IMG/VR virus record: IMGVR_UViG_3300021077_000115
Coordinates: 46,064-110,063 of that record
DNA length: 64,000 nucleotides
Reading direction: 5' to 3' (one strand)
Source: a virus
Positions within the stretch are counted from its first letter, which is position 1. Every line of letters begins with the position of its first letter. The notes beneath the pieces were generated by a model. The model saw nothing but the letters and a program-made list of their open reading frames with translations. It made no database searches and was not told the DNA's origin. Both the position numbers and the translations under genes were made by a program. Below, piece after piece: positions 35,869-44,829 of the stretch.

Positions 35869-36306
35869 TCAAAGCCAGTTTTTTTCGATGTTGATTCCTT
35901 GCTGCTTGGCTATGTAAAGCCCACGAAGCAGATGGGCGGGAAGTTCTGCTGTAACTTCCTTGCTGCATAGATAATCAATCATGCTTTGAACTCTATCCGC
36001 ACCATATAGGTTTGTGTCGAATTCAATATCTCGGCTGATGTCTACCAGCAGTCGAAGCTTTGAAAGAACATCATGGGTCTGACGTTCAAGCATAGCTCTC
36101 ATCTTATTCACCGAAGGCCCAGGCTCTACTTTACTGCCTGCGCTTTTTAGCAAGCTGTTCACGGCCTGCCATTCCCAAGAATCCGCATCTGAATGAATCG
36201 CCTCCTCCGCTTGAGTCTGTTCAGCGACATCAATAAGCCTCGCAACGATGTCTGCGAAGTTTCTGCCAACCGTTGCTCGCTGTGAAATAGCTTCAATAGC
36301 TTTCAT
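35869..36306 (-). CDS. hypothetical protein
   Basis: A 145-aa ORF. A possible 44-aa ORF lies immediately upstream (36307..36438) with a TGA/ATG overlap. Confidence 0.45.
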   Translation of the reverse strand: MKAIEAISQRATVGRNFADIVARLIDVAEQTQAEEAIHSDADSWEWQAVNSLLKSAGSKVEPGPSVNKMRAMLERQTHDVLSKLRLLVDISRDIEFDTNLYGADRVQSMIDYLCSKEVTAELPAHLLRGLYIAKQQGINIEKNWL

Positions 36307-36464
36307 AGATCCTCTGGGTGAATGTGAACTGCGATGTCAGCGATATACCTCAAGGCAGAACGACGTTCGGTCGCGAGCCGGTTGAGCTTGAATGCCGCTT
36401 GAATCTTTGCCTTGAGTTGATGCATTAATTTGAACATATAGATCCTATGGTGTCGAGTTGATGG

Positions 36465-36884
36465 TTACAATTTAATAAGTTCGGCTGGATTGAAAAGATC
36501 AGAGAGGCTAGAAGCGGCGGTGGGGTCCTCAGGTCTACCGCTCAAAGTGCGAAATCCAGAGATAGCCGGAGCCGGTGGTACTAAAGTTACAGTAGTACAT
36601 GAAGCTTTGGCGGAGTTGATTGGAATGCCGTATAAATCAACTGGTTCCCATTTAGATGGATGAGTGTCTGATTTGAAGGCATCACTCAACAGTGTTCTGA
36701 AGTACGTGTTGCTGGTATAGCTCATCTTGTAGAGCCATATGCCTTGGCAAGCGAAAGCATTGCCAGTACCATCTTGTATCCAGTTAAATTTTAGTAACTG
36801 CGGAATAGAATTCATCTTGTTCCTCCCCTTCTGATTAGTGTATTTCCTCCCAAGGATTTCCACATCTAACTCTCGTGTCCTCAC
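36465..36884 (-). CDS. hypothetical protein
   Basis: A 139-aa ORF. Confidence 0.4.
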   Translation of the reverse strand: MRTRELDVEILGRKYTNQKGRNKMNSIPQLLKFNWIQDGTGNAFACQGIWLYKMSYTSNTYFRTLLSDAFKSDTHPSKWEPVDLYGIPINSAKASCTTVTLVPPAPAISGFRTLSGRPEDPTAASSLSDLFNPAELIKL

Positions 36885-37068
36885 AAACCATCACACCCCG
36901 ATCTCCGCAAACATGATTGCATTTATCGCTGATTTTATTAAGGTGTGTGCGCCAAATTTTAACCACCGGTATTTGTGAACAAATTGCACAGACAATAAGC
37001 ATCACAATGAAACATACCGGAATCCAAAATCTATCTGGTATTTTTGATATCCTCATTTTACCTCCCAA
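36835..37068 (-). CDS. small membrane protein
   Basis: A TM segment, FWIPVCFIVMLIVCAICSQIPVV, is present. A Cys-rich tail follows. Confidence 0.35.
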   Translation of the reverse strand: MGGKMRISKIPDRFWIPVCFIVMLIVCAICSQIPVVKIWRTHLNKISDKCNHVCGDRGVMVCEDTRVRCGNPWEEIH

Positions 37069-37306
37069 TCAACCCACGCGCCAGTAGGTAGCCCTGGATG
37101 GTTGATAAATCTCGATTGGTAGCCGAGAATGCCAAGTAGAATTCAGGGCACCTATCACCAAGGTATGGCAGCGCGTTTTTCAATTGTTCTTCCATGGCTA
37201 GCAAATCGTTATCGGAGATATGATTCCCCATTCGAAGTGCTTTCCATGCATTGTTCAATGATCTCTCTTTGGGCTTACTCATGTGCCGGTTTCCAAATCT
37301 CTTCAA
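37058..37306 (-). CDS. hypothetical protein
   Basis: An 82-aa ORF. Confidence 0.4.
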   Translation of the reverse strand: MKRFGNRHMSKPKERSLNNAWKALRMGNHISDNDLLAMEEQLKNALPYLGDRCPEFYLAFSATNRDLSTIQGYLLARGLIGR

Positions 37307-40300
37307 ACCGTCCCTTGAGTTGTCGTCGATACCTCACCAGGATCCTTTCCAAAACCCTGTATGAAACCTCGTCTTCTTCTCGTAGGCACATTCCAATCCA
37401 TCGAGACATAAAGGCGTCCGGCTTATTGAACCCCATTTGGTCTCGTGTCTCAGCGCCATCGCATACGCTGATCATGTATTCCAATGCGTCCCGTAACATT
37501 GCCATGCGACCTGGCGTTAGCTCCGGTTCCGGGACGTTGTTGACCTTCGCCGATTCGCGAGCAAGCACTCCATGCAACCGTTCAAGCGCCAACTCTCGGT
37601 CAACCTCTTCGCCAGCTGCATTGATACGAGCCATCATCTCGTCATCGGTCTCTTCAATCACCGCAACCCCAGGTAGCCGAGGCGGTGGTGGGTTGAATTT
37701 TATGCTGGCCTCAAGCGCCTTGTACGCAAGAGCAATCTTACGAGCAAGTAGCTTTTGGATGTGTCGATCAAGTGGATGATTTGACCGCATCCTCATGATC
37801 AAAACGTGGCTGCCAGAAGCACCGATACGAACAAGACGATCCTCAGCTTGGATATTCCATGAAGGAGTCCAGTGCAAGTCAACGAACAGAGCATTCGTTG
37901 CCCGAGTCAACGTAAACCCTACGCCACCAGTCTTGATTGTTAGGGCTATTCCCTTCAACAATCCGTCTTGGAATTCCTTGACGAAGTTGCGTCTGGTTTC
38001 TGGGTCAGTGTCCCCAGTGATGATTCTCCAACCAGCACGATCCTGCAGTGCTTCGATTGGTTCCTTGTGAGCGCTGAACACTACCAGTGGCGTTCCTGAA
38101 TCTTCGTAGCTTTCTACCATCTCAAGCATCGCTGGGATGCGTGACCTGGCCAGCATTGCACGAATCTCCGAGAACTCCTTGAAGTCCGGAAGCTCTTCGA
38201 GATCAAGTTCCGCTTCGTAGTCGAAATCATCGTCGATTTTCTTGCCGGTTACTTTACCAACAAAGGTATTAAGTGTCTTGTTCAGCGTTCCGTCACAATC
38301 AACCTCGATGTCCTGGTAGACCTTGGGCGGTAGGTCTTTCAACACCTCAGTCTTCAACCTCCGTAACATGACCCGTTGCATTCGCTCGGGTACCTCGGGC
38401 ATCGGATCTCCGAATTCGTATCCTCCCCATCCATTCTTGTACCCATTGAACAACCTCAGGAAGTTGTCCCAGCTACCAAACACATTTATGTTGCCAGCTG
38501 ACAAGACGCCAAACAAATCCAGAGGGTTATTCATCAATGGCGTGCCAGATAGAGCCCAGACTCGCTTGCTGATTCTTGTGATTTGGCTAACCTTCTGTGA
38601 CCGTGCCGTCTTGTAGTTTTTGACGAGGTGAAATTCGTCTCCAATCACTGTCGTTTCACTCAGCGCTTGCTCTTGTGCCGGTGTTAGGTTGGCTACAAGA
38701 ATCGGCTTGCCCTTCTTCGATACCTTACCACTATCTTTCTTCGGCGAGAGATAGTTAGGAAGGATGTCGTAGTTGACAATCACAATCTCACCAGGCTCAG
38801 GGATCTTGAACGGTATCGCTTTGGTCTTCTTACCTTCAGCTAATGCCTTTTCTACCGTCTCTTCTTTGCCGCTGCAGATTGTAACTCGGTAACTCGGACG
38901 CCACATCTGAATTTCGTCGCGCCAATTGTACTTCAACGACGCCGGGCAAATTACCAACACCCTTTCGTTGTCGGGCAGCGCTACGATTGCCTGCACCGTG
39001 TTGTGCGTTAGAATATAGTCTCGTGTAACGTATAGATGATCCTTTGCTTCGACACGAATACAAACACAATCCTCCTGACCAGCTGGGAAGATATCTGTGA
39101 TAGCGTGTGTCGATGGGTATTTTGTAGGAGGAATGAACCGCTCTACCTTGCGCGGAATTCTGAACGGTACCATTCCACTAGGAAGTTTGATACGAATTCT
39201 AAAATCTGGCAGCCCAGCTTTCTTTTCTCCGTTATGTGTGAAGAGCGGAATCCGGCTTGACATCAATGCGATACCACCGAGGCTTCGCACCAAAGAACAA
39301 ACCTGACTTGCAAGAACAGGGGAAGTTGTATTGTATTCAATACACATTCCATCCTTAGAAATTGTCCCATCATTATCCAATAGGCCTTGTAGCAGGTTAA
39401 GTCTTTGACCTGCTGAGGCAAGCATGTACTCTTCTGGAACAAATCTATCTTGGCTCTGTAGCCCTTTCAGGCACAAGTTATCAAGTACTTGGGTAATCGG
39501 ATTGGTATCTTGATTTTCAGGACCTAGATACGAAAGACGGTATGTGCAATCGTCACTCTGTGATAGGTAAATTCCAACTGGAAGATACTCCTTGAATGCA
39601 GCTCGTTGTTCATCATCACCGGCATGAGTTATTGTAGTTGCACACAATCCGCCGTTTGCAATCAACGCACCCAATAAGTAGGGATGCATCGGAAGGTCTG
39701 TTTCATCAAACTCAACCGGCTGTACCATTGGAATGAAGAATTTATGATTTTCATTCCTATCTTTCAAACCCAATGCATTCAGATCCTTCAATGAATGCAC
39801 TCGAATTCTGCCTGGATTGCGAACACGATCATTTGGAGTTTGAACAGCCCAAAGATGATCTTCACAACAGCGGGTACGAGCATCATCAGAAAGGACGATC
39901 TCGAAGATATCTTTTACACCCTGGGGAAACACCCCATCAACTCTAGTTGGTCTTCCATTGGAACCAATTACAAAATCACCAACTTTCAAAGTCCCGATTG
40001 GAACCCATCCTTTTGGTGTGAGAACTGGTTCTGAAACAGGCTGCGCCTTGCCCAAACCCATGTCGTCGGCCAAGAAGAACCGTTCGTGCAACGCGAGGGC
40101 TTTGACACCCTCCGTCTGAAACCCGAACAACGTCTTGCCATTGACGCTAATCGCATTCGCACGAGCAACTGCTTCGCGACTCTCTTCAGTACCAGCTTCA
40201 ACCAACGCACGAAGCGATTCCGGAACTTCCAACTTGAGCTGATCGGCAATTTCAACCACTCGCGGAAGGTCGGCAGGCTTCATACTCACTTGCCAGTAGA

Positions 40301-40589
40301 CCTGATCCTTCGGAAGGTTCTCTGGATTGAAGCGCGCCCCCGGAAATGATCTAATCAGTGGAATTGCGTCTCTGTCAAATGGCATGTATACTTTGCCATC
40401 CTCGGTGAGTTTGCGCACCACATTCTTATCAGTAACACTTGAACTAATTTCAAGACCGAGATGGCGATGGCAAGCAGCAGAAGCACAGGCCGTAAACCAT
40501 CCGCTGCCATTGTTGTACGCAAACCCAGCACCAACCTTGACCAACATCCCACAACATTGGCATTTTTTGGAGTATTTATTAACAATCAT
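37275..40589 (-). CDS. SNF2/SWI2-family helicase (Rad5/RapA-like) interrupted by an intein in motif I
   Basis: The extein motif I is LADDMGLGK|TVQAIVAL once residues 212-560 are removed. Motif II is DEFHLVKNY. Motif III is LSGTPLMNNPLDLFGVL. Motifs IV-VI are VVFSAHKEP..., GGVGFTLTRATNALFVDLHWTPSWNIQAEDRLVRIG. An N-terminal CQCCG zinc motif is present. The start is taken at M31 (MIVNKYSKK, AGGAA 9 nt upstream). The track start at 40679 would overlap the HNH gene on the opposite strand. Confidence 0.85.
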   Translation of the reverse strand: MIVNKYSKKCQCCGMLVKVGAGFAYNNGSGWFTACASAACHRHLGLEISSSVTDKNVVRKLTEDGKVYMPFDRDAIPLIRSFPGARFNPENLPKDQVYWQVSMKPADLPRVVEIADQLKLEVPESLRALVEAGTEESREAVARANAISVNGKTLFGFQTEGVKALALHERFFLADDMGLGKAQPVSEPVLTPKGWVPIGTLKVGDFVIGSNGRPTRVDGVFPQGVKDIFEIVLSDDARTRCCEDHLWAVQTPNDRVRNPGRIRVHSLKDLNALGLKDRNENHKFFIPMVQPVEFDETDLPMHPYLLGALIANGGLCATTITHAGDDEQRAAFKEYLPVGIYLSQSDDCTYRLSYLGPENQDTNPITQVLDNLCLKGLQSQDRFVPEEYMLASAGQRLNLLQGLLDNDGTISKDGMCIEYNTTSPVLASQVCSLVRSLGGIALMSSRIPLFTHNGEKKAGLPDFRIRIKLPSGMVPFRIPRKVERFIPPTKYPSTHAITDIFPAGQEDCVCIRVEAKDHLYVTRDYILTHNTVQAIVALPDNERVLVICPASLKYNWRDEIQMWRPSYRVTICSGKEETVEKALAEGKKTKAIPFKIPEPGEIVIVNYDILPNYLSPKKDSGKVSKKGKPILVANLTPAQEQALSETTVIGDEFHLVKNYKTARSQKVSQITRISKRVWALSGTPLMNNPLDLFGVLSAGNINVFGSWDNFLRLFNGYKNGWGGYEFGDPMPEVPERMQRVMLRRLKTEVLKDLPPKVYQDIEVDCDGTLNKTLNTFVGKVTGKKIDDDFDYEAELDLEELPDFKEFSEIRAMLARSRIPAMLEMVESYEDSGTPLVVFSAHKEPIEALQDRAGWRIITGDTDPETRRNFVKEFQDGLLKGIALTIKTGGVGFTLTRATNALFVDLHWTPSWNIQAEDRLVRIGASGSHVLIMRMRSNHPLDRHIQKLLARKIALAYKALEASIKFNPPPPRLPGVAVIEETDDEMMARINAAGEEVDRELALERLHGVLARESAKVNNVPEPELTPGRMAMLRDALEYMISVCDGAETRDQMGFNKPDAFMSRWIGMCLREEDEVSYRVLERILVRYRRQLKGRFEEIWKPAHE
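39000..40046 (-). mobile_element. intein (349 aa) with double-LAGLIDADG homing endonuclease domain, inserted in the SNF2 P-loop; class-3-like (N-terminal Ala, W-C-T pattern, terminal HN, +1 Thr)
   Basis: Block A is AQPVSEPVLTPKGWVPIGTLKVGDFV. Block B is RTRCCEDHLW. The endonuclease motifs are YLLGALIANGG and LLQGLLDNDGTI. Blocks F and G are CVCIRVEAKDHLYV...ILTHN, followed by T. Removing this span restores a canonical GLGKTVQAI in the extein. Confidence 0.75.
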
Positions 40590-40636
40590 GATATTATTCC
40601 TAGTCGAGGCTTTGTTGTTAGCGCCATCTAATTCAG

Positions 40637-41242
40637 ATGAAGAAGACTTGCCCAAAATGTAACAGTGAAAAACTAACAAAGTTCTTCAGCAAGAATCATA
40701 AAGCACCAGACGGATTAGCTTATTACTGCAAGAAGTGCAGTTCTGATTGTGCAAAGGATTTTAGAAGTAAACCTCTTCCAAATATCAAAACAACAATTAA
40801 GAGGTTTGAATCTAAGTTTGAAAAGTCTGGCAGTAATGATTGCTGGTTGTGGAAGTCTTCAATTAATCAAAATGGGTATGGTGTCTTTGGGGTTGGCGGT
40901 AAAGTTCTGACAGCTTCGCGAGTGGCATATGAACTTTACATTGGCCAAATTCCAACAGATAAACTTGTACGTCACAAGTGTGACAACCCGCCATGTGTAA
41001 ATCCAAATCACCTTGAGCTTGGAACAAACCTTGATAACTCTGGAGATATGGTAAACAGAGAGCGGGTTGCGCGAGGAGAGTCTAGTGGATTATCTAAGAT
41101 TAGCGAGACTGATGTTAGAAATATCATCAGGTTAAGAAGTGAAGGGATAACTCAACAAGCAGTTGGAGATATGTTTGGTTTGTCTAGATCACAAATATCA
41201 AACATTGAAAGAGGGATTAGCTGGAATCAACAGGCCCAATAG
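40637..41242 (+). CDS. HNH homing endonuclease (HNH_3 type) with N-terminal zinc ribbon and C-terminal HTH
   Basis: An N-terminal CPKCNS...CKKCS ribbon is present. The HNH core is CWLWKSSINQNGYGVF...ASRVAYELYIGQIP.DKLVRHKCDNPPCVNPNHLELGT. The C-terminal HTH is ITQQAVGDMFGLSRSQISNIERG. It lies on the plus strand among minus-strand genes. Confidence 0.8.
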   Translation: MKKTCPKCNSEKLTKFFSKNHKAPDGLAYYCKKCSSDCAKDFRSKPLPNIKTTIKRFESKFEKSGSNDCWLWKSSINQNGYGVFGVGGKVLTASRVAYELYIGQIPTDKLVRHKCDNPPCVNPNHLELGTNLDNSGDMVNRERVARGESSGLSKISETDVRNIIRLRSEGITQQAVGDMFGLSRSQISNIERGISWNQQAQ

Positions 41243-41371
41243 TGAAGTGCTTAACCGTAGCTATACCTACGCAGCCCTCAGGAACCTTGTTTACCATTGG
41301 AATGAACATAAAAACCTCTCTGGTAAAACCCTGATATATATTCTGGCGAGTCTAAACCAAAAGGTGACAGA

Positions 41372-42418
41372 ATGAAATATGCTTATTTGACAACAATCGT
41401 AACATCCGCAATGCTGAGTGGCTGCCCATCCCCCACACCAACTCCCGTAGCAAATACCGGAGGAAACTTTTCAACCGGGGGAAAATTTGCAACTGGTGGA
41501 AGGTTTTCAACCGGAGGCAATCTTGCAACTGGAGGTGCATCACGCGGTGGCTCTTCTGCAACAGGCGGAAGCTTCGGCGGCGCTGCAACAGGTGGAGAAT
41601 CTTCGGCAACAGGCGGAAGCTTACCATGCGTAACCACCGTTTGGCCAAGCGTCATAATCACCCCACCAAAAACAGCAACAAAAACACAGCATAAGTTCAT
41701 CGAACGTCACGTGCGGCCTCGTGCCAGAGCTATGTCAGCCACCGCTTTCTACGGAGCGGCTCCCGTGCAATGTGATTTGGCTCATTTTCCGAATAGTACA
41801 ACGCCACTGAACCAAGGCAAGTACGGAGCTTGTACTGGTTGCGCGTCTGATGGTGTTATCTCCAGCTTACCATTCATTGGAATCCCACATTTCAACCTGA
41901 CAACCGCCCTTCAGATCTATCAAGGAGGAACATGTAAAGATAATGGGTGTGCGTTCCCATGTACCTGTGCCTCTTGTCCTGCAGCATTTTGCCCAGCCAC
42001 AGGAGCAAATGATAACGGAAGCCAAGGAAGCTCTGTATTTGACTACCTAGTTTACATGGGCTGGATGAAAGGCTACGTAACAGCCGATACTACAGACGAT
42101 CTTCTCGCCGGTCTTTCGTATAGCTCATGCGAAATTGGTATTGATTACTACTATTCCATGATGACGCCAGCTTCAAACGGTAGGTTGGTTGTTACAATCT
42201 CCTCAGGAATCGCGGGCGGACACGAACTCGATGTCGTTGGCTATCGAAGTGACTTCCAAGGCGTTGTGATTCGCAATAGCTGGGGCCCTTGGGGTCAGTG
42301 CTATCCAAACCAAGAGACTTCCAATACATCGAAGGACGGAACAGGTTGCGGTTTCGCTTGGATCGCTGTTAGCGACTTGCCAACATTGAACTTCGATGGT
42401 GATTGTGTTGTATTGTAA
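41372..42418 (+). CDS. secreted lipoprotein with Gly-rich TGG repeats and papain-like (C1 family) cysteine peptidase domain
   Basis: The lipobox is MKYAYLTTIVTSAMLSGC. The low-complexity stretch (FSTGG/FATGG/SATGG) x7 follows. The C1 triad context is QGKYGACTGCAS (Cys), GGHELDVVGY (His) and VIRNSWGPWG (Asn). Confidence 0.55.
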   Translation: MKYAYLTTIVTSAMLSGCPSPTPTPVANTGGNFSTGGKFATGGRFSTGGNLATGGASRGGSSATGGSFGGAATGGESSATGGSLPCVTTVWPSVIITPPKTATKTQHKFIERHVRPRARAMSATAFYGAAPVQCDLAHFPNSTTPLNQGKYGACTGCASDGVISSLPFIGIPHFNLTTALQIYQGGTCKDNGCAFPCTCASCPAAFCPATGANDNGSQGSSVFDYLVYMGWMKGYVTADTTDDLLAGLSYSSCEIGIDYYYSMMTPASNGRLVVTISSGIAGGHELDVVGYRSDFQGVVIRNSWGPWGQCYPNQETSNTSKDGTGCGFAWIAVSDLPTLNFDGDCVVL

Positions 42419-42449
42419 TAAGAAAAAAGAAAGCACTAAAGAAAGCCGC

Positions 42450-42638
42450 TTAGCTATCCTCAATCTCTGTTTGAGATGTGAAATACGTGTGCGTATGTCG
42501 CTCCCAAAAGAACTTGCGGCCACAATGAGGGCAGGTATCCTCACCAGAATCTACCCTCATCGCTATCGAAATACAGTAGCCAAGCTCTTGTGAATCTAGT
42601 AACTCGCCGCAGTGCGGGCAGTACGCTGATGCACTCAT
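42450..42638 (-). CDS. small zinc-ribbon protein
   Basis: The 62-aa ORF has a CPHCG...CPHCG pair. Confidence 0.4.
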   Translation of the reverse strand: MSASAYCPHCGELLDSQELGYCISIAMRVDSGEDTCPHCGRKFFWERHTHTYFTSQTEIEDS

Positions 42639-43429
42639 TGTAAAAATCCTAACAGTTGTTGCAGAACTTTCAACATGATGTTGACCTTATTCCTTCTGGT
42701 TCCGTGGCTCCTGAATGTCCTGTCCTTCGCGCACAGTTGACATTTGGCGCATTGCACAGTAGGAAGAACCTTTGGTCGATGACTGCCCATTTCAGCCTTC
42801 GTTCGCCTCTTTTGTTTGGGCATCTCGGCAGGACATACAATCACATGCCGACCTTGAGGAGTCCGCATCTTCTTTGGTGCGTCACTATCAACCACCACAA
42901 CCACCGGAGCAATGCCAAGCTCCGCAAGTTCATCGGCTTCACTCAAACTATCAGCACTGACGTTGATATGAAAGCCTGATTTGTTTGCGGCATAGATTGC
43001 TTGGGCGTTTACCAATGCCTGACCGCTACGTCCAACAGGTTTGTGCGTGTATGTAAAGCCGCAAGCCCTTGATTTATTGTTGGCATCAACCAATTGTTGT
43101 AGGGCTTTGGTATCAATCGAGTTTCCAATCCCAGGAAGATCCCCTGCAGTGTTGTGACGCCACAATTGATTCTTCGGAAGCTGGCCAATGTTGCCGCAAA
43201 ACTCATCCCATGTGATTGGTGTGATTGCCTTTCGATGGCCATTCCCACCAACGTTATATCCGCCGTTGTTCAGAGCCTCCCACATGAATCCAAGGGGTGA
43301 AAAGTATGGGTAACATAACTTACCAGCCTTGAATGGACATGCCGAAGGACATGATGATTGTTCTGTCATACTGGTTGGGATTGGGCCAGTCTTCACGTTC
43401 ATCGAAACACGAGAAAATCCTACTAGCAT
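42635..43429 (-). CDS. hypothetical protein with N- and C-terminal Cys clusters
   Basis: The 264-aa ORF has N-terminal SCPSACPF...C and C-terminal CAKCQLC motifs. Confidence 0.45.
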   Translation of the reverse strand: MLVGFSRVSMNVKTGPIPTSMTEQSSCPSACPFKAGKLCYPYFSPLGFMWEALNNGGYNVGGNGHRKAITPITWDEFCGNIGQLPKNQLWRHNTAGDLPGIGNSIDTKALQQLVDANNKSRACGFTYTHKPVGRSGQALVNAQAIYAANKSGFHINVSADSLSEADELAELGIAPVVVVVDSDAPKKMRTPQGRHVIVCPAEMPKQKRRTKAEMGSHRPKVLPTVQCAKCQLCAKDRTFRSHGTRRNKVNIMLKVLQQLLGFLQ

Positions 43430-43551
43430 TGTAGTATCTTTCTATTGTTTGCGCGCTTTGTTGTTGCGCTCTTTATTGGCCGCTATCCAACCAACGGTGG
43501 CCATTATACCAAGTGCAATGGTAAGGCCTATAAGATATGTATAATCGCCCA

Positions 43552-43785
43552 TTAGGATGTTTTCTTTGTCCTTCCAACGAGACTTTCCAATTGATTCTTG
43601 ATCGCCGTCAACGAAGCCTCGGGCGTAACCCTGAGCGGACCCTTCGCAAGCATAATCTTATTGTCTGTATTGATGACAATGCATTTCCAAGCACGTTCCG
43701 CAACCTTGATGTACCAAACTCTAATTGGCAAAGGTTTGAAGAACTTCTCTGCGGCATTTGTGGTGTCTATGAGTAGCTGTTGCAT
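43552..43785 (-). CDS. hypothetical protein
   Basis: A 77-aa ORF. A possible 36-aa hydrophobic peptide ORF (43441..43552) lies immediately downstream. Confidence 0.4.
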   Translation of the reverse strand: MQQLLIDTTNAAEKFFKPLPIRVWYIKVAERAWKCIVINTDNKIMLAKGPLRVTPEASLTAIKNQLESLVGRTKKTS

Positions 43786-43836
43786 TCTGCTCCACTAAAG
43801 ATATTGCCTGATAGGCATAGAAAATATGCGTAGTTA

Positions 43837-43876
43837 GAAAAAAGAATGGGTGGATGAAAGGATCATCCACCCATTC
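43837..43876 (-). terminator. rho-independent terminator downstream of the AT-hook/H1-like gene
   Basis: The minus-strand text is GAATGGGTGGATGA-tcctt-TCATCCACCCATTC, a 14-bp perfect stem, followed by TTTTTTCT. Confidence 0.6.
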
Positions 43877-43912
43877 TTGTCAAATGCCTAGGAAGCAGCC
43901 ACCATCAGGGTC

Positions 43913-44539
43913 TTACTTGGAACCCTTTTTGCCGGCCTTCTTGCCAGTCTTCTTCGTGGCCTTGGCTTTGGCAGCCTTCTTGGCAGCCCTTGCTTCGGCA
44001 GCAGCAACGGCTTCCTTCTTGACGTTCTGGCGCACATTGTAAACGTTGGCCGGAACAACTTTCTTCAGGCCGAGCGAGTGGCAATGATCAACAACTTCCG
44101 TGGCCTTGGCTTCGGGATTCTCATCATCGTAGTCACGAATGACCTGAGAGGCCGTACGCCCATCCTTCGTCAGTACGCGCTTGCCAGCTTTGCTGGGCTT
44201 CACTGCGGCGGTAGCCTTAGCTTTCTTCGCGCGACCGCTCGGGCCAATATCGCCGTCATCATCCTTCGCCTTGTTCTTGGAACCTGCTGGGCGTCCTGGA
44301 CCTCTCTTCACAGGCGTCTCGACCGTCTTGCTCTTTGACCCAGCAGGACGACCGGGGCCACGCTTCGTGGGCTGCTCGGTAGTATCAGTTGCGTCGGCGA
44401 CGACTGCGGCCGGTGCAGAAATAGTAGAGGACATTGCAGCCACGAATTTATTGAAGAAGAGACCTTCGAGAGCTTTGACGGTCTTGGGGTGAAGGGTCTC
44501 AAGTACTTCCGCTGCATTGATGTTTGTTATTGCGTTCAT
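43913..44539 (-). CDS. AT-hook / histone H1-like basic DNA-binding protein
   Basis: Two AT-hook motifs, KRGPGRPAGSK, are present. The C-terminus is Lys/Ala-rich (AKKAAKAKATKKTGKKAGKKGSK). It has its own consensus promoter and terminator. Confidence 0.6.
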   Translation of the reverse strand: MNAITNINAAEVLETLHPKTVKALEGLFFNKFVAAMSSTISAPAAVVADATDTTEQPTKRGPGRPAGSKSKTVETPVKRGPGRPAGSKNKAKDDDGDIGPSGRAKKAKATAAVKPSKAGKRVLTKDGRTASQVIRDYDDENPEAKATEVVDHCHSLGLKKVVPANVYNVRQNVKKEAVAAAEARAAKKAAKAKATKKTGKKAGKKGSK

Positions 44540-44615
44540 TTGATTTGCCTTTTGTGTTTTTCTGTTGATGGTGGCTGCTTGCTTTCATTTGACAAGCTGC
44601 CATTTGACAATTCCG

Positions 44616-44643
44616 ATTATACCTATTGACATTTGACTGTCAA
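44616..44643 (-). promoter_or_regulatory. sigma70-type consensus promoter for the H1-like gene (-35 TTGACA, 16-nt spacer, -10 TATAAT) with flanking GTCAAATG direct repeats
   Basis: The minus-strand text is TTGACAgtcaaatgtcaataggTATAAT. Two more copies of TTGTCAAATG lie in the predicted 5' leader. One more copy sits beside the terminator at about 43880. Confidence 0.5.
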
Positions 44644-44829
44644 TAAGTTTTTTCAATATCGACTATATCAAATCGAAAAAGATAAGTTATCAAGGTATTA
44701 AAGCTGTGCGGTTTGAGGTTACCAATTGTATATCGGCAGTTCTCTTGCCAAATTGTTCGGGCATCCGGCCAGTCATAGCCCGCGTGTCATTAATAAGGTG
44801 CGCGTGCGCTAGTTTTTCGGCCAGCCGGT

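Noticed and set aside
41163-41375. A 70-aa plus-strand ORF overlaps the 3' 80 nt of the HNH endonuclease gene.
   Set aside because: It is in an alternative frame of the HNH gene's C-terminal HTH region and carries no motif. It is most likely spurious.
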